A DNA stretch of 64,000 bases from Nanobdellota archaeon (GTDB lineage: Archaea > Nanobdellota > Nanobdellia > Woesearchaeales > JBHPFW01), in the NCBI GenBank assembly GCA_042571645.1, contig JBHPFW010000006.1:4131-68130 (forward strand), read 5' to 3'. A program made the translations under genes and the position numbers. Under the pieces are notes generated by a model. That model saw only the letters and a list, made by a program, of their open reading frames with translations, was not told the DNA's origin and did not search any database. Positions 1 to 8,885 of this stretch are shown here, in pieces (positions within the stretch are counted from its first letter, which is position 1; each line of letters opens with the position of its first letter).

Positions 1-1
1 C

Positions 2-337
2 CATTCCAGGAGTAGTGAGGAACATCCTGATTCAGAGCATACTTCTGAGAAAGCTGAAACCAGCAAGAAAGCCAAAGAGCATCATGAGAAAGGACTAAAT
101 CCAAGAGCCAGAGACATAATGAAGACTCTGTCTGAAAGAGAGAATAAAGTTATAGAACATCTTTTAGCTAATAATAACAAGAGCACACAAGCTACATTAA
201 GGAACCATACAGGCATTCCAAAGACGTCTTTAGCCAGGATTTTCCAAAATTTGGAACAAAAGAACGTTTTAAAGGTAGAATCAGTAGGAAAACTTAAAAA
301 AGTGGAATTAACGGATTGGTTTATGGGAAAAGACTGA
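2..337 (+). CDS. 3' part of a CDS cut by the window edge; C-terminal winged-helix (MarR/TrmB-like) DNA-binding domain
   Basis: The frame of the 119..337 track ORF stays open back to nt 2 (HSRSSEEHPDSEHTSEKAETSKKAKEHHEKGLNPRARDIMKTL...), so the protein probably starts upstream of the window. The tail IPKTSLARIFQNLEQKNVLKVESVGKLKKVELT reads as an HTH recognition helix plus wing. Confidence 0.5.
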   Translation, partial: HSRSSEEHPDSEHTSEKAETSKKAKEHHEKGLNPRARDIMKTLSERENKVIEHLLANNNKSTQATLRNHTGIPKTSLARIFQNLEQKNVLKVESVGKLKKVELTDWFMGKD

Positions 338-455
338 TTGGTCTTATAATAAAGGTTTTTTCCTATTTTGGACCCTTATTTGGCCTTCTTATATGTTTAT
401 GGTCCACAAAAGATATTTAAATGGTACCTATCAGTTTATACTATGGCTATCTTAG

Positions 456-521
456 ATGTGCGAACCAAAGTTCCACATCAAAACCTATCCCTTTATTTTT
501 TCTTTTTTTTTTCAATCGAGA
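456..521 (+). terminator. Hairpin plus long T-tracts between convergent genes
   Basis: ATGTG-c-GAAC / GTTC-CACAT forms a 9-bp stem with a CAAA loop (456-478). It is followed by tttattttttcttttttttttc (about 494-521). Archaeal termination at oligo-T is established knowledge. Confidence 0.3.
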
Positions 522-537
522 AGTAGATGGGAGAATA

Positions 538-1251
538 TCATTTGATTATCTGAGCCAATAACTCATCCTTCTCAACATCCAATCCAGCCTTAGTAAAGAA
601 CCTTGCTATATTCTTGCAATCTCTTTCAAGTAATTCTTTGGCATTAGAACTGTCTAAAGGGGATGCCTGAGACATGTCAATGAAGACTGGCTTGTCATTG
701 AGATTAAGAATATTAAACTCTGACAGATCACCATGGACCATTTTGGCTTTATGGTATTTCTTCATATACTTAACAACTGATTCATAGAATTTCTTAATAT
801 CCGTCTTTTTGCTTGGAACAGAATCCTTAATCTTGGGAGCAGGTTGGTCATCTCCAATGAACTCCATGACTAGTATGTTGTGATAGCAGTTATAGACTGT
901 AGGGACCTTTATTCCCGCATCCCTTGCTTTTTGTAAATTCCTAAACTCACGCTGAGCCCAAGAAAAGATAACATCTCTGCGGCCTTTTTTCATGCCAATA
1001 TAACGCGTATCCATCTTAATGTAATCATACATCTTATTGAAATCACAGGTTTCAAGCCTGTAGATCTTGAGTATAACCCTTGAGCCGTCCTTTTTCAAGG
1101 CAGTAAATATATTGGCTTCCTTACCAATAGAAATTGGGCTTTCTAATTCCTCAAAGAATCCCTGGCTCTGGAGCTTGAATATATTCCTGAGTGTAAAATT
1201 GTCAAACACATTCTCCATGGTCTTGAATTTCTCGCGGGTTATACGTGCCAT
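538..1251 (-). CDS. rio1: RIO-type atypical serine protein kinase (Rio1-like; no N-terminal wHTH)
   Basis: 237 aa with RIO signatures: ISIGKEANIF (P-loop-like), MVHGDLSEFNIL (catalytic loop) and FIDMSQA (metal-binding loop). Confidence 0.85.
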   Translation of the reverse strand: MARITREKFKTMENVFDNFTLRNIFKLQSQGFFEELESPISIGKEANIFTALKKDGSRVILKIYRLETCDFNKMYDYIKMDTRYIGMKKGRRDVIFSWAQREFRNLQKARDAGIKVPTVYNCYHNILVMEFIGDDQPAPKIKDSVPSKKTDIKKFYESVVKYMKKYHKAKMVHGDLSEFNILNLNDKPVFIDMSQASPLDSSNAKELLERDCKNIARFFTKAGLDVEKDELLAQIIK

Positions 1252-1406
1252 ATAAGGCTCTAGATGAGCAGTTAGGTTTAAATAGTTATGCCAATCATTT
1301 ATTCACCACTTATAGATACTAAAATACCGAAAAGTTTATATACTAGTTATGCCTACTAAAGGGTAATAACATAAAAAAAGGTGGTTTATTTTTCAAAAAA
1401 AAGAGC

Positions 1407-1613
1407 TATTCAGAGCTAACTCATACTCATCTAAACACCCCTTTTAAAATCCTCCTCATGCCCCACAAGGGCATATCTGGAGGTATTTTACACTCCTACA
1501 CCCCCTAGAAAACCCCAAAAGAGGCCTTTATAATCACCTCTTTTTTCCCAGCGGCAGGCTCTCCTGAGCCTGCTGCCAGGGTTTTTTGATTTTAAATCGA
1601 TGAGTTCTGAATA
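1407..1613 (+). ncRNA. Candidate structured RNA (~205 nt) closed by a 5'/3' helix; identity unknown
   Basis: TATTCAGA...ACTCATC (1407-1431) pairs with GATGAGTTCTGAATA (1599-1613). Inside are a nested hairpin CCTCC..ATGCCC-CACAA-GGGCAT..GGAGG (1451-1483) and an 11-bp GC hairpin GCGGCAGGCTC-TCCT-GAGCCTGCTGC (1551-1576) followed by T6 (1582-1587). The segment is GC-rich relative to its surroundings. The strand is guessed from the T-tract. Confidence 0.3.
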
Positions 1614-1735
1614 ACTTGTAATTGGAAATAGCCATAAAATAATATTAAGAAAGCTTTAAAAAGGAGGAAAACACTCATAATCATAAGCATTTATGTCAAA
1701 ATTGACCCTCTAAGGGTTGAGTTTGTTCATAAATC

Positions 1736-1836
1736 CGCCCGCCACGAGAGTACTCAGGGGAGCTCACGATAAACTCAAGCTTTGAACCTGGGAGTTAGTG
1801 TTGCGGGCGACAAAACTCTCTAAAGAGAGATTTTGT
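1736..1836. ncRNA. Candidate small structured RNA: 74-nt GC-closed rod plus adjacent hairpin
   Basis: CGCCCGC (1736-1742) pairs with GCGGGCG (1803-1809). Inner helices are ACTC-AGG / CCT-gg-GAGT and GAGCT / AGCTT. A second hairpin follows, ACAAAACTCTCT-aaa-GAGAGaTTTTGT (1810-1836). A cloverleaf fold was tried and failed. Confidence 0.3.
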
Positions 1837-1862
1837 CAAACTAATAGTCAAAAAGTCACAGA

Positions 1863-2017
1863 AGAACTCAGAAAACAAGATAAATACTTTAAATTAAGAA
1901 TAAGACCTTAAAATCACGATCATTAATTAAATCATTTTAAGTGGGGTTTAATATTCATTTGAAATCACACTTAAATGATATTTAAAATAAAATTAAGAAA
2001 ATCTTGTTCTGAGTTCT
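1863..2017. repeat. Nested imperfect inverted repeat (~155 nt)
   Basis: The outer arms AGAACTCAGAAAACAAGAT (1863-1881) and ATCTTGTTCTGAGTTCT (2001-2017) form 17 bp with a 2-nt bulge. The inner arms are ATCATTTTAAGTG (1931-1943) and CACTTAAATGAT (1968-1979). Confidence 0.5.
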
Positions 2018-2267
2018 AAGAGAGAAAGAAGCAAAAAAGATTATTAACTTAATGTATATTCATTATTTAGCACTTAAATTTTAGTTGTGCAGATATTTAA
2101 TAGGCTTAAATAGTCTATTGGCATAAAGTAATACTTATGCTAAGAATATGCTCTTTCTCTATAGTGACTAGCTAGACTAATACTGAAGAAAATATAGTAG
2201 AAACAAAGGCAAAGAAAACCCACAGAAATCAAAGATTTCTGGGGTGTAAAAACAGGAGGTTTTTAAC

Positions 2268-3563
2268 ATGGCTAAAATAAGCCCAGTAACTTCAAAATAC
2301 ATTATTCATGCAACAATAGAAATTGAAGGCGTAGTTGATAAGCCTGATGTGATAGGCGCAATCTTCGGTCAAACAGAAGGTTTGCTCGGAGCTGATCTTG
2401 AATTAAGAGAGCTTCAGAGATCAGGAAGAATAGGAAGAATAGAAGTGAATGTTGATACTAGTTCTGGAAAAACAAAAGGCGAGATAGTGATACCTTCAAG
2501 CATGGATAAAGCAGAAACTGCTATTATCGGAGCAGCAATGGAGATAATCCAAAGAATTGGACCATGTAATGCAAAGATCAAGGTTGGAAATATAGAAGAT
2601 GTTAGAATTTCAAAGAGAAAGTTTGTTGTAGAAAGAGCTAAAGAACTACTTAAGAATATGATGGACGGAGTTATGCCAGATTCTCAAGAGATTGCAGATG
2701 AAGTTGCATACTCAGTAAGAGTAATGGAAATTCAGGAATACGGCAAAGACAGATGTCCAGCTGGTCCAGGTATAGACGAGAACGAAGAAGCAATTGTTGT
2801 AGAAGGTCGAGCAGATGTTATAACCATGCTGAAGCACGGCTTCAAAAACGTTATCGCAATTAATGGATCTAATGTTCCGCAAACAATAATTGATTTGAGC
2901 AAACAGAAAAGCATGATAGTTTTTGTTGATGGTGACCGAGGCGGAGATCTTAATGTTAAAGAACTATTGCAGGTTGCAGAGATTGACTTTGTAACAAAAG
3001 CTCCAGATGGAAAAGAAGTTGAGGAGCTAACTAAGAAAGAAATCCACAAAGCACTAAGAGCAAAAATAGCAGCTGAGCAGGTAAAATTGGATTTTGAAAC
3101 TAAATCAGGTAGTGATAATGAAAGCAGAAAAAGACCTTCTCAATACCAAGAAAGAAGACCTCCATTTCAGCAGAGAGACACTAGAGGCAGAGCACCACCA
3201 CCAGCTGGAAGAAGAGGACCTCCTTCAGCAGCAAGAGCTCCAGCACCAAGCAGAGCTCCATCTAAAGTAAGTCCTGAAAGTAAATCCAAATTCAAGTCAA
3301 TGCTTGAGGATCTTATAGGAACTAAAGGGGCGTTTCTTCTTGATGAAAAATTAAACTTGCTTGGAAAAGTTCCTGGAAGTGAGCTTACTTCTACTGTAAA
3401 AAGTTTAAGCACAGGCATACATGCAATAATTTTCGACGGTACAGTTGAAAAAGAACTCGTTGAAGTTGCAGAAAAAGCAAATGTAAAGATTGTAGTTGGT
3501 ATGGATTCAAAAGTAGATCCAAAATCAGCAAGAATTAATATTTTTACTGCCGAAACTTTATAG
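2268..3563 (+). CDS. dnaG: Archaeal DnaG primase-like protein (TOPRIM), with an Arg/Pro/Ala-rich disordered insert
   Basis: The N-terminus KYIIHATIEIEGVVDKPDVIGAIFGQTEGLLG...LQRSGRIGRIEV is typical of archaeal DnaG. The TOPRIM region is AIVVEGRADV...VDGDRGGD. An AGGAGGT Shine-Dalgarno-like motif lies about 8 nt upstream of the ATG. The insert RGRAPPPAGRRGPPSAARAPAPSRAPS maps to about 3120-3290. Confidence 0.93.
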   Translation: MAKISPVTSKYIIHATIEIEGVVDKPDVIGAIFGQTEGLLGADLELRELQRSGRIGRIEVNVDTSSGKTKGEIVIPSSMDKAETAIIGAAMEIIQRIGPCNAKIKVGNIEDVRISKRKFVVERAKELLKNMMDGVMPDSQEIADEVAYSVRVMEIQEYGKDRCPAGPGIDENEEAIVVEGRADVITMLKHGFKNVIAINGSNVPQTIIDLSKQKSMIVFVDGDRGGDLNVKELLQVAEIDFVTKAPDGKEVEELTKKEIHKALRAKIAAEQVKLDFETKSGSDNESRKRPSQYQERRPPFQQRDTRGRAPPPAGRRGPPSAARAPAPSRAPSKVSPESKSKFKSMLEDLIGTKGAFLLDEKLNLLGKVPGSELTSTVKSLSTGIHAIIFDGTVEKELVEVAEKANVKIVVGMDSKVDPKSARINIFTAETL

Positions 3564-3593
3564 ACAGTTAATAATTTTTGTTATTTAAAATTT

Positions 3594-5864
3594 TTATAAT
3601 TTTTTTATTTTATCCTTTTCTTTTTCTTTTTTTCTATCTTCTTTTTCTTTATCTCTTTTTTCTTTCTCCGCTTCTATAGTCTTTATATATCTGCATTTAG
3701 GATATTTACTGCAGCCTATGAATTTACCATATAAACTTTGTCTAAGGACTAATTCACTGCCGCACTTAGGGCAAGGATCTTTAAGATCTTCAGTAACTTC
3801 TTTTACTTCTTCTTTATCAGTGATTTTTTTGCTAGGACAATCAGGATTAATGCATACTTCTTGTGGTGAAGACCTAGGTCTTTTTATTGTGATGATTGGT
3901 GCTTTGCAGTCTGGGCATTCTTTTCTTGCAGACTTTACTACTCCAGCTTTTGGAAGGCTATAAGTTGTTTTACATTCAGGATATTTATCGCACGCTCCAA
4001 ACCTACCAAATTTGCCTCTGCGTAAATGTATTTCACCATCTTCACAGTTAGGGCATTTACCCAAATAACTTGCTTCATCTCTAGCTTCTTTAGTAGCGTC
4101 CATTAATTCCTTTCCTATATGCTTTTCATTTTTCTTGAAATCAGATAATATTTTTGTAAGAATAGTTTTTGCTGATTCTAGAACTTCTTCTGGTTTTTTC
4201 TTTTTTTCTCTTATTTTTTCCATTTCTTCTTCAAATTGTTTTGTTAATTCTTCATCAAGAATTCTAGGTGAGTATTTTTCTAATATCTCGCAAGTTCTTA
4301 TGCCTATTTCTGTTGCCTGTATGGATTTATCTAGAACATATCCCCTATTATATAATGCTTCAACAATTGAAGCTCTTGTTGCTTTAGTTCCAAGATTTCG
4401 TTTTTCTAGTTCTTTTATTATTGAAGCAGGTGTGTATCTTTTAGGAGGCTTAGTTTCTTTTTCTTGATGGTCTATTTTTTCAATTGGAACAATATCCTCT
4501 TTAACAACTGCAGGTAATTCTTCTTCTTCAAGCTTTACATGCCTTCCATAGAATTCAAACCATCCTTTTTCTACTGTTCTTGTGCCTTTTGCAATGAAAA
4601 TTTCTGTGTTGACATCAATATTTATCTTCACAGTTTCTCTGGTTGCAGGATCTCCAAATGTTGCCATAAATCTTCTTACAATAATATCATAAAGTTTTGT
4701 TTCTCTTTCGGGAATTGTGCTTGTTAATCCTGTAGGGTATATTGCTGGGTGGGCAGGATCTTTCTTCTTTCCATTATTTGGCAGGAGTTTGTCTTTTGGT
4801 TTAGTCAGGAGTTTTTCTGCTAGTTCTTTGTATGCTGTTTGTTTTTTGAGCTTGTCTAATATTGCAGCATAGCCTATTGTTTTCGGCAATTCTTGTGAAG
4901 ATGTTCTCGGATAAGAAATCATTCCCTTTATGTAAAGACTCTGAGCAAGTTCTAATGTTTGTCTTGGATCTATACCCATACTTCTGTATGCTTCTGTTTG
5001 GAGTGTTGTTAAATCAAATGGGTGGGGTGGAGCCTGATTGAATCTTCTTGCAGATACATCTGCAACTTTTCCTTCTTTAGCTCCATTAACTTTATTCATT
5101 ACTTCTTCTGATTCTTTTTTATCCCAGAATTTATCTTTTTCGTGCAACGCAGTTATATGTTTTTCTTTGGCTTTTCCAGTCAGTTCTATTTGCCAGTATG
5201 GTTCTGGTTTAAATGCGTCTATTTCTTTTTCTTTGTCTACAATTATTTTTAGTGCAGGACCTTGAACTCTTCCTGAACTAAGAAGTTTAAATCCGCCTGT
5301 AGTTTTTACAGCTGCTGTTAGTGCTCTAGAAAGATTTATGCCATAATACCAGTCAAGCTCGTGTCTTGTTACACCTGCATTTGCCTGGCCCCAGTCTAAA
5401 CTTGAAGAAGCGTGTTCATATGAATTAACAATCTCATCTTTTGTTAATGTTGAAAATTTCATTCTTTTAGCATCTTTTTGCTTGCAGGCATATTTTATTA
5501 CATTAAGTCCAATTACTTCTCCTTCTATATCATAATCTGTTGCTACAGTAAAGCTATCAGCATCTTTTGCAAGTTTTTTGATAGTAGAAAGATATTTTGA
5601 AGTAAATGCTGATCCTTTGCTAACTTTTGAAGAAGCTTCCCATTTAACATCAAAAACAGGATAAACCCATTTTCCTTTTTCTTTTTCAGCAACAGTATAT
5701 AGATGACCTACAGCTGAGGCAACAATTATATCCTTCTTATTATGAGTGATATCATAGTAAGGAACTCCCTTTTCATTTTTCTTTATTGCTTTGCCATCTG
5801 CTAAAGCATCAGCTATCTTTTTTGCTGCTGCAGGCTTTTCTGTTATTATTAATTCATATTTCAT
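3594..5864 (-). CDS. topA: Type IA DNA topoisomerase (TopA/Topo III-like) with C-terminal zinc ribbons and a Lys/Glu-rich tail
   Basis: 756 aa. The TOPRIM start is MKYELIITEKPAAAKKIA. The family IA core contains SYPRTSSQ with the catalytic Tyr context. There are three to four C4 zinc-ribbon motifs (CPNC...C..YPEC, CPDC, CPKCG...C.KYPKC). The tail is KEKRDKEKEDRKKEKEKDKIKKL. Confidence 0.93.
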   Translation of the reverse strand: MKYELIITEKPAAAKKIADALADGKAIKKNEKGVPYYDITHNKKDIIVASAVGHLYTVAEKEKGKWVYPVFDVKWEASSKVSKGSAFTSKYLSTIKKLAKDADSFTVATDYDIEGEVIGLNVIKYACKQKDAKRMKFSTLTKDEIVNSYEHASSSLDWGQANAGVTRHELDWYYGINLSRALTAAVKTTGGFKLLSSGRVQGPALKIIVDKEKEIDAFKPEPYWQIELTGKAKEKHITALHEKDKFWDKKESEEVMNKVNGAKEGKVADVSARRFNQAPPHPFDLTTLQTEAYRSMGIDPRQTLELAQSLYIKGMISYPRTSSQELPKTIGYAAILDKLKKQTAYKELAEKLLTKPKDKLLPNNGKKKDPAHPAIYPTGLTSTIPERETKLYDIIVRRFMATFGDPATRETVKINIDVNTEIFIAKGTRTVEKGWFEFYGRHVKLEEEELPAVVKEDIVPIEKIDHQEKETKPPKRYTPASIIKELEKRNLGTKATRASIVEALYNRGYVLDKSIQATEIGIRTCEILEKYSPRILDEELTKQFEEEMEKIREKKKKPEEVLESAKTILTKILSDFKKNEKHIGKELMDATKEARDEASYLGKCPNCEDGEIHLRRGKFGRFGACDKYPECKTTYSLPKAGVVKSARKECPDCKAPIITIKRPRSSPQEVCINPDCPSKKITDKEEVKEVTEDLKDPCPKCGSELVLRQSLYGKFIGCSKYPKCRYIKTIEAEKEKRDKEKEDRKKEKEKDKIKKL

Positions 5865-6114
5865 TTTGAAAATCTTTATTGAAAATCTTTACTTAAAACT
5901 TTAAGAATTTTGCATTTTATATAAAAAGCTTTGGGCAGAGAAAAAACACACCAAAAATAGCTCTACTTAGTGTTTTGCAGGGTCTTAGGTCTTAATAATG
6001 ATAAAAAGCTATTGTAAACAATATTATGAATGAGCTGCTTCTTTGTTTGTATTTGTTTGTACTACTTGTTATTCGCAAACAAAATATTTAAACACCGCGT
6101 TCCAAGACAATTTT

Positions 6115-6615
6115 ATGTTTGAAACCATATATCTAAATGAATATCTTGTTCAACTCGGGCAGTTGTTTATCGCAATAATATTAGGAGGCATTATTGGGTT
6201 AGAAAGGCAGGAAAGAGGTATTGCAGCAGGATTAAGGACTCATATGATAGTTAGTTTAGCTGGTTGTTTCATGATGATAATTGCCTCTGAGCTTTCTGGA
6301 ACAGATCCTAATGCAAGGATAATTGCTGGAATATTGACTGGAATTGGATTTTTAGGTGCCGGTACAATTATAAGCACAGCTGGGTCTGTTAAGGGTCTTA
6401 CTACTGCAGCAACAATATGGGCGACTGTAGGGATAGGTATTATTATTGGCTTAGAGAAATTCTTTTTAGGCATAGCAGCTGCTTTGTTGATATGGGGAAT
6501 ATTAAAGTTGAAGAGCTTTGAAGTTAGTTTGTTTTGTAAACCCCAATCCATTGAATCAGATGAATCTGAAGGTATCTATCATAAGACTGCTTCTAAGAAA
6601 AAGAAGAAAAGATAA
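6115..6615 (+). CDS. mgtC: MgtC/SapB family membrane protein
   Basis: LGGIIGLERQERGIAAGLRTHMIVSLAGCFMM and GIGFLGAGTII match MgtC family signatures. The track ORF opens at a TTG (6043). The ATG at 6115 sits about 25 nt after an AAATATTTAAA TATA-like box and is the more likely start. Confidence 0.8.
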   Translation: MFETIYLNEYLVQLGQLFIAIILGGIIGLERQERGIAAGLRTHMIVSLAGCFMMIIASELSGTDPNARIIAGILTGIGFLGAGTIISTAGSVKGLTTAATIWATVGIGIIIGLEKFFLGIAAALLIWGILKLKSFEVSLFCKPQSIESDESEGIYHKTASKKKKKR

Positions 6616-6676
6616 AGAAGTAGACTTTTAAATTAAACCAAAACAATTATTAATTTCTATTTTCTACCCTGTTTTC

Positions 6677-7789
6677 ATGGAAGAACTATTTAATAAACTG
6701 GCTGAAAGTCTTGTTTTTAGCACTCAGGCAGTAGAAGGCTCAAAAGTCTATTTTGCAAACAAGGAACTTTATGAAGCAATTGAATTAAACAATAATAATT
6801 TTCATCAAATAAATGCAGATATTGAGAAAAATATTGATCAAAATAAAAACAAAAAAATAGCGTTTATTGATGGTGGCAATGCAGAGATTCTCAGCACATC
6901 CAGTTTCACTTTGCATTTCTTGAGAATATATTGTGTTGTTTTTCAGAATAACAAGAAAACATCAGACATTAAATTTGAGGGTTTTGTTTTTGTTAATGAT
7001 GTTCCGAAAGAAAATAAAATTTCTCATAGCATTAGATTTTTCCCAGTGACAAAGAACTCATTTTATGAATATTTTAAAGAAATGTTTTCTAAGATAAAAT
7101 TTGAAGCAGATGGTTTAGGCATGAATATTGCTAAAGAAAGCCAGGAAGATTATAATGGAATTAACAGACTCATAATTATACCGTCATTGATAAGAAGATT
7201 TATGGAGCTTTCTTTGGCTGCTTTCGCAACCAGAAGTCTTGATAAGGATGATCTTATAGTTCTAGACGGTACACTGCAGGCATTCCACTCTGGAGAAGAC
7301 AAGTTTATGAATGAACTGTTCAATCAGGCAAGTCAGAAAGAAATAATTGTCTCAGCGTTATCAAAGACTTCAAGATTATTGACTGAACAAGGAAAACCCT
7401 TATTTTCTTCTTTGGATAAGATGACTGAACTCAATAATTGGTATTATAATCCTATTGTTAAAATCAGAAATCCAAAACACAATTCAGAGTTATTTGCTCT
7501 GAAATTGCATGATAAAGCAAAGTATGCATTTAGGTTTGAGTTATACAATGCTGTCAAAGATAAGATTGAACAAGTAACTTCTCTTTTGGCACTAAATTCT
7601 TCTGATCCGGTATTTTTGGGTTATCCTTATGGTTTGGTAGTTGCAGATAAGTTTGCCAGAGTCTCTAATCAAGAAGTTGATTATTTTAGAACATTAATAA
7701 AATCAAAATCAGGCAAAAACTGGCAGGACATTGAATCAGACCTAACTAGTCTAAATGCCCATAACATATTAGATAATATTGAGTTCTGA
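6677..7789 (+). CDS. NurA-like nuclease domain protein (no adjacent HerA)
   Basis: NurA-type motifs recognised from memory of the family: IAFIDGGNAEI, LIVLDGTLQA and the C-terminal GYPYGLVVADKFARVS. Not verified by search. Confidence 0.55.
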   Translation: MEELFNKLAESLVFSTQAVEGSKVYFANKELYEAIELNNNNFHQINADIEKNIDQNKNKKIAFIDGGNAEILSTSSFTLHFLRIYCVVFQNNKKTSDIKFEGFVFVNDVPKENKISHSIRFFPVTKNSFYEYFKEMFSKIKFEADGLGMNIAKESQEDYNGINRLIIIPSLIRRFMELSLAAFATRSLDKDDLIVLDGTLQAFHSGEDKFMNELFNQASQKEIIVSALSKTSRLLTEQGKPLFSSLDKMTELNNWYYNPIVKIRNPKHNSELFALKLHDKAKYAFRFELYNAVKDKIEQVTSLLALNSSDPVFLGYPYGLVVADKFARVSNQEVDYFRTLIKSKSGKNWQDIESDLTSLNAHNILDNIEF

Positions 7790-7793
7790 ATGC

Positions 7794-7957
7794 TAAGTTC
7801 GCCAGCGCCTAGAGTGCTAAGGATTTTCCTAATGATTTTGCGTCGATCAATCATGCTAAATTGAGCAAAGCTCAATTTGCATCCTAAAAATGTTGGCATT
7901 TTTATGATGATTGCGAGATATTACAATATTTGTTTGGCACTCGCCCTGGCGAACTTA
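7794..7957. ncRNA. 164-nt element closed by a GC-rich 12-bp terminal inverted repeat with three internal hairpins; candidate ncRNA (or MITE)
   Basis: TAAGTTCGCCAG (7794-7805) pairs with CTGGCGAACTTA (7946-7957), and AGTGC (7813-7817) with GCACT (7937-7941). Internal hairpins are ATGATT..AATCAT, AAATTGAGC-aaa-GCTCAATTT (9 bp perfect) and AAAAATG-ttgg-CATTTTT, plus AGGAT/ATCCT. The element starts 5 nt after the NurA-like stop codon. Confidence 0.3.
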
Positions 7958-8333
7958 AAATTATATGTTAAGTTCCTTTCCATTTTACAATTAATTCTTG
8001 GAATTATAGGTGAGGATTTTTTAGGCGGCATACTAATATCAATACAAAATAAGTATTTAATAACACAAATTAAGTATAATTGCCCTGAACATCATAACAT
8101 AAATTAATGAAATTTATATTCAAATTAAGTAAAAAACATATAAAATAATAAAAGATAGCAAAATTTATAAACATAGTAAGTATTTTCTATGAAATCAATA
8201 TGCTGATTATTGCATAATCTTCTGAAGTATATCATCTATTTTAGTAATAATTATATTCATTTTAAGTATTTTCTTATAAAAACAGCTATAAAATAGTAAT
8301 ATTTATAAATAAATTAAGTAGAAATCATCTTTA

Positions 8334-8885
8334 ATGAGTAATCTAGGCAAAAGTAGTCTTAAAAGTAGTGATTTTGTTAAAGAGGGAAGTAAAACAAAAG
8401 ACATTGAAGGTGTTTTTGATCTTCTTCTGAATCTTATGAAAGAAAAGGGCATGACTATGCAAGAACTTATTGCAAAGTATGAGGGTTCTCCAAAAGAAAT
8501 TTTTGTGCCATTATCAATATTCTCAACAAAACTAAGTCCTTCAGAATCTTTAAGTGTATATCTAAAAGAAGAACAAGATCTATCATACAGCGAAATTGGA
8601 GAACTGCTGAACAGAAATGAAAGAAGCATATGGACAAACTTCCACAATGCCAGAAAAAAAGCAAAAGAGAGATTACCTTTAGACAGCGAAATTTCTGCAC
8701 CATTAAGTATATTCAAAACAAGACAGCTAAGTATCTTTGAGAGCTTAATACTTTATCTGCGTGATACTTTGAAATTAAAGAACAGCAAAATAGCTCATGC
8801 TCTAAACAAACACACAAGTGTAACATATACTGTCTATAACAGAGCAAAACAAAAACTCGATTCAAAAAATAAAAAAATAAAATGA
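8334..8885 (+). CDS. Tandem-duplicated HTH protein (sigma-70 region 4 / LuxR-like), putative regulator at the head of the plus-strand surface operon
   Basis: There are two internal repeats. The first is VPLSIFSTKLSPSESLSVYLKEEQDLSYSEIGELLNRNERSIWTNFHNARKKAKE (nt 8505-8672). The second is APLSIFKTRQLSIFESLILYLRDTLKLKNSKIAHALNKHTSVTYTVYNRAKQKL (nt 8697-8858). The stop codon overlaps the next ATG (ATGA at 8882-8885). A TATA-like ATATTTATAAATAAA lies about 20 nt upstream. Confidence 0.6.
   Translation: MSNLGKSSLKSSDFVKEGSKTKDIEGVFDLLLNLMKEKGMTMQELIAKYEGSPKEIFVPLSIFSTKLSPSESLSVYLKEEQDLSYSEIGELLNRNERSIWTNFHNARKKAKERLPLDSEISAPLSIFKTRQLSIFESLILYLRDTLKLKNSKIAHALNKHTSVTYTVYNRAKQKLDSKNKKIK

Noticed and set aside
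1067-1255. Track ORF 1067..1255 (+) and similar short ORFs antisense to housekeeping genes (2732-3049, 3167-3418, 3718-3963, 4135-4467, 5038-5265, 6240-6551, 45829-46092, 59713-59976, 61355-61546, 62068-62259)
   Set aside because: All are antisense to confidently identified genes (rio1, dnaG, topA, mgtC, THUMP MTase, rps6e, pfdB, rpl37ae). Their peptides are low-complexity or repeat mirror images.
1252-2267. Replication origin, RNase P RNA or SRP RNA in the long rio1/dnaG spacer
   Set aside because: For an origin, there is no adjacent orc1/cdc6 and no repeated ORB-type boxes flanking an unwinding element. For RNase P, GAGGAAAACAC (about 1665) and ACAGAAGAAC (about 1857) only loosely resemble CR-I and CR-V and lack the conserved GUCC. 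For SRP, the GC hairpin at 1551-1576 is a perfect stem without the helix-8 internal loops. The region is kept only as unidentified candidate RNA.
6043-6114. TTG start at 6043, giving a 190-aa MgtC with an odd Cys-rich N-terminal extension (MFVFVCTTCYSQTKYL...)
   Set aside because: The extension has no MgtC counterpart. A TATA-like box (AAATATTTAAA, about 6083-6093) lies inside it, and an ATG at 6115 begins the conserved part. The shorter CDS is preferred.
7794-7957. Firm MITE call for the two terminal-inverted-repeat elements (7794-7957 and 59923-60088)
   Set aside because: No convincing target-site duplications flank either element. The two elements share no sequence. No transposase or additional copies are visible in the window. 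The call is left open as an alternative to ncRNA.
7681-8107. Track ORFs 7681..7899 (-) and 7877..8107 (+) in the NurA-downstream spacer
   Set aside because: No recognisable protein features. They overlap the stem-closed element at 7794-7957 and AT-rich spacer. They are most simply read as chance ORFs.
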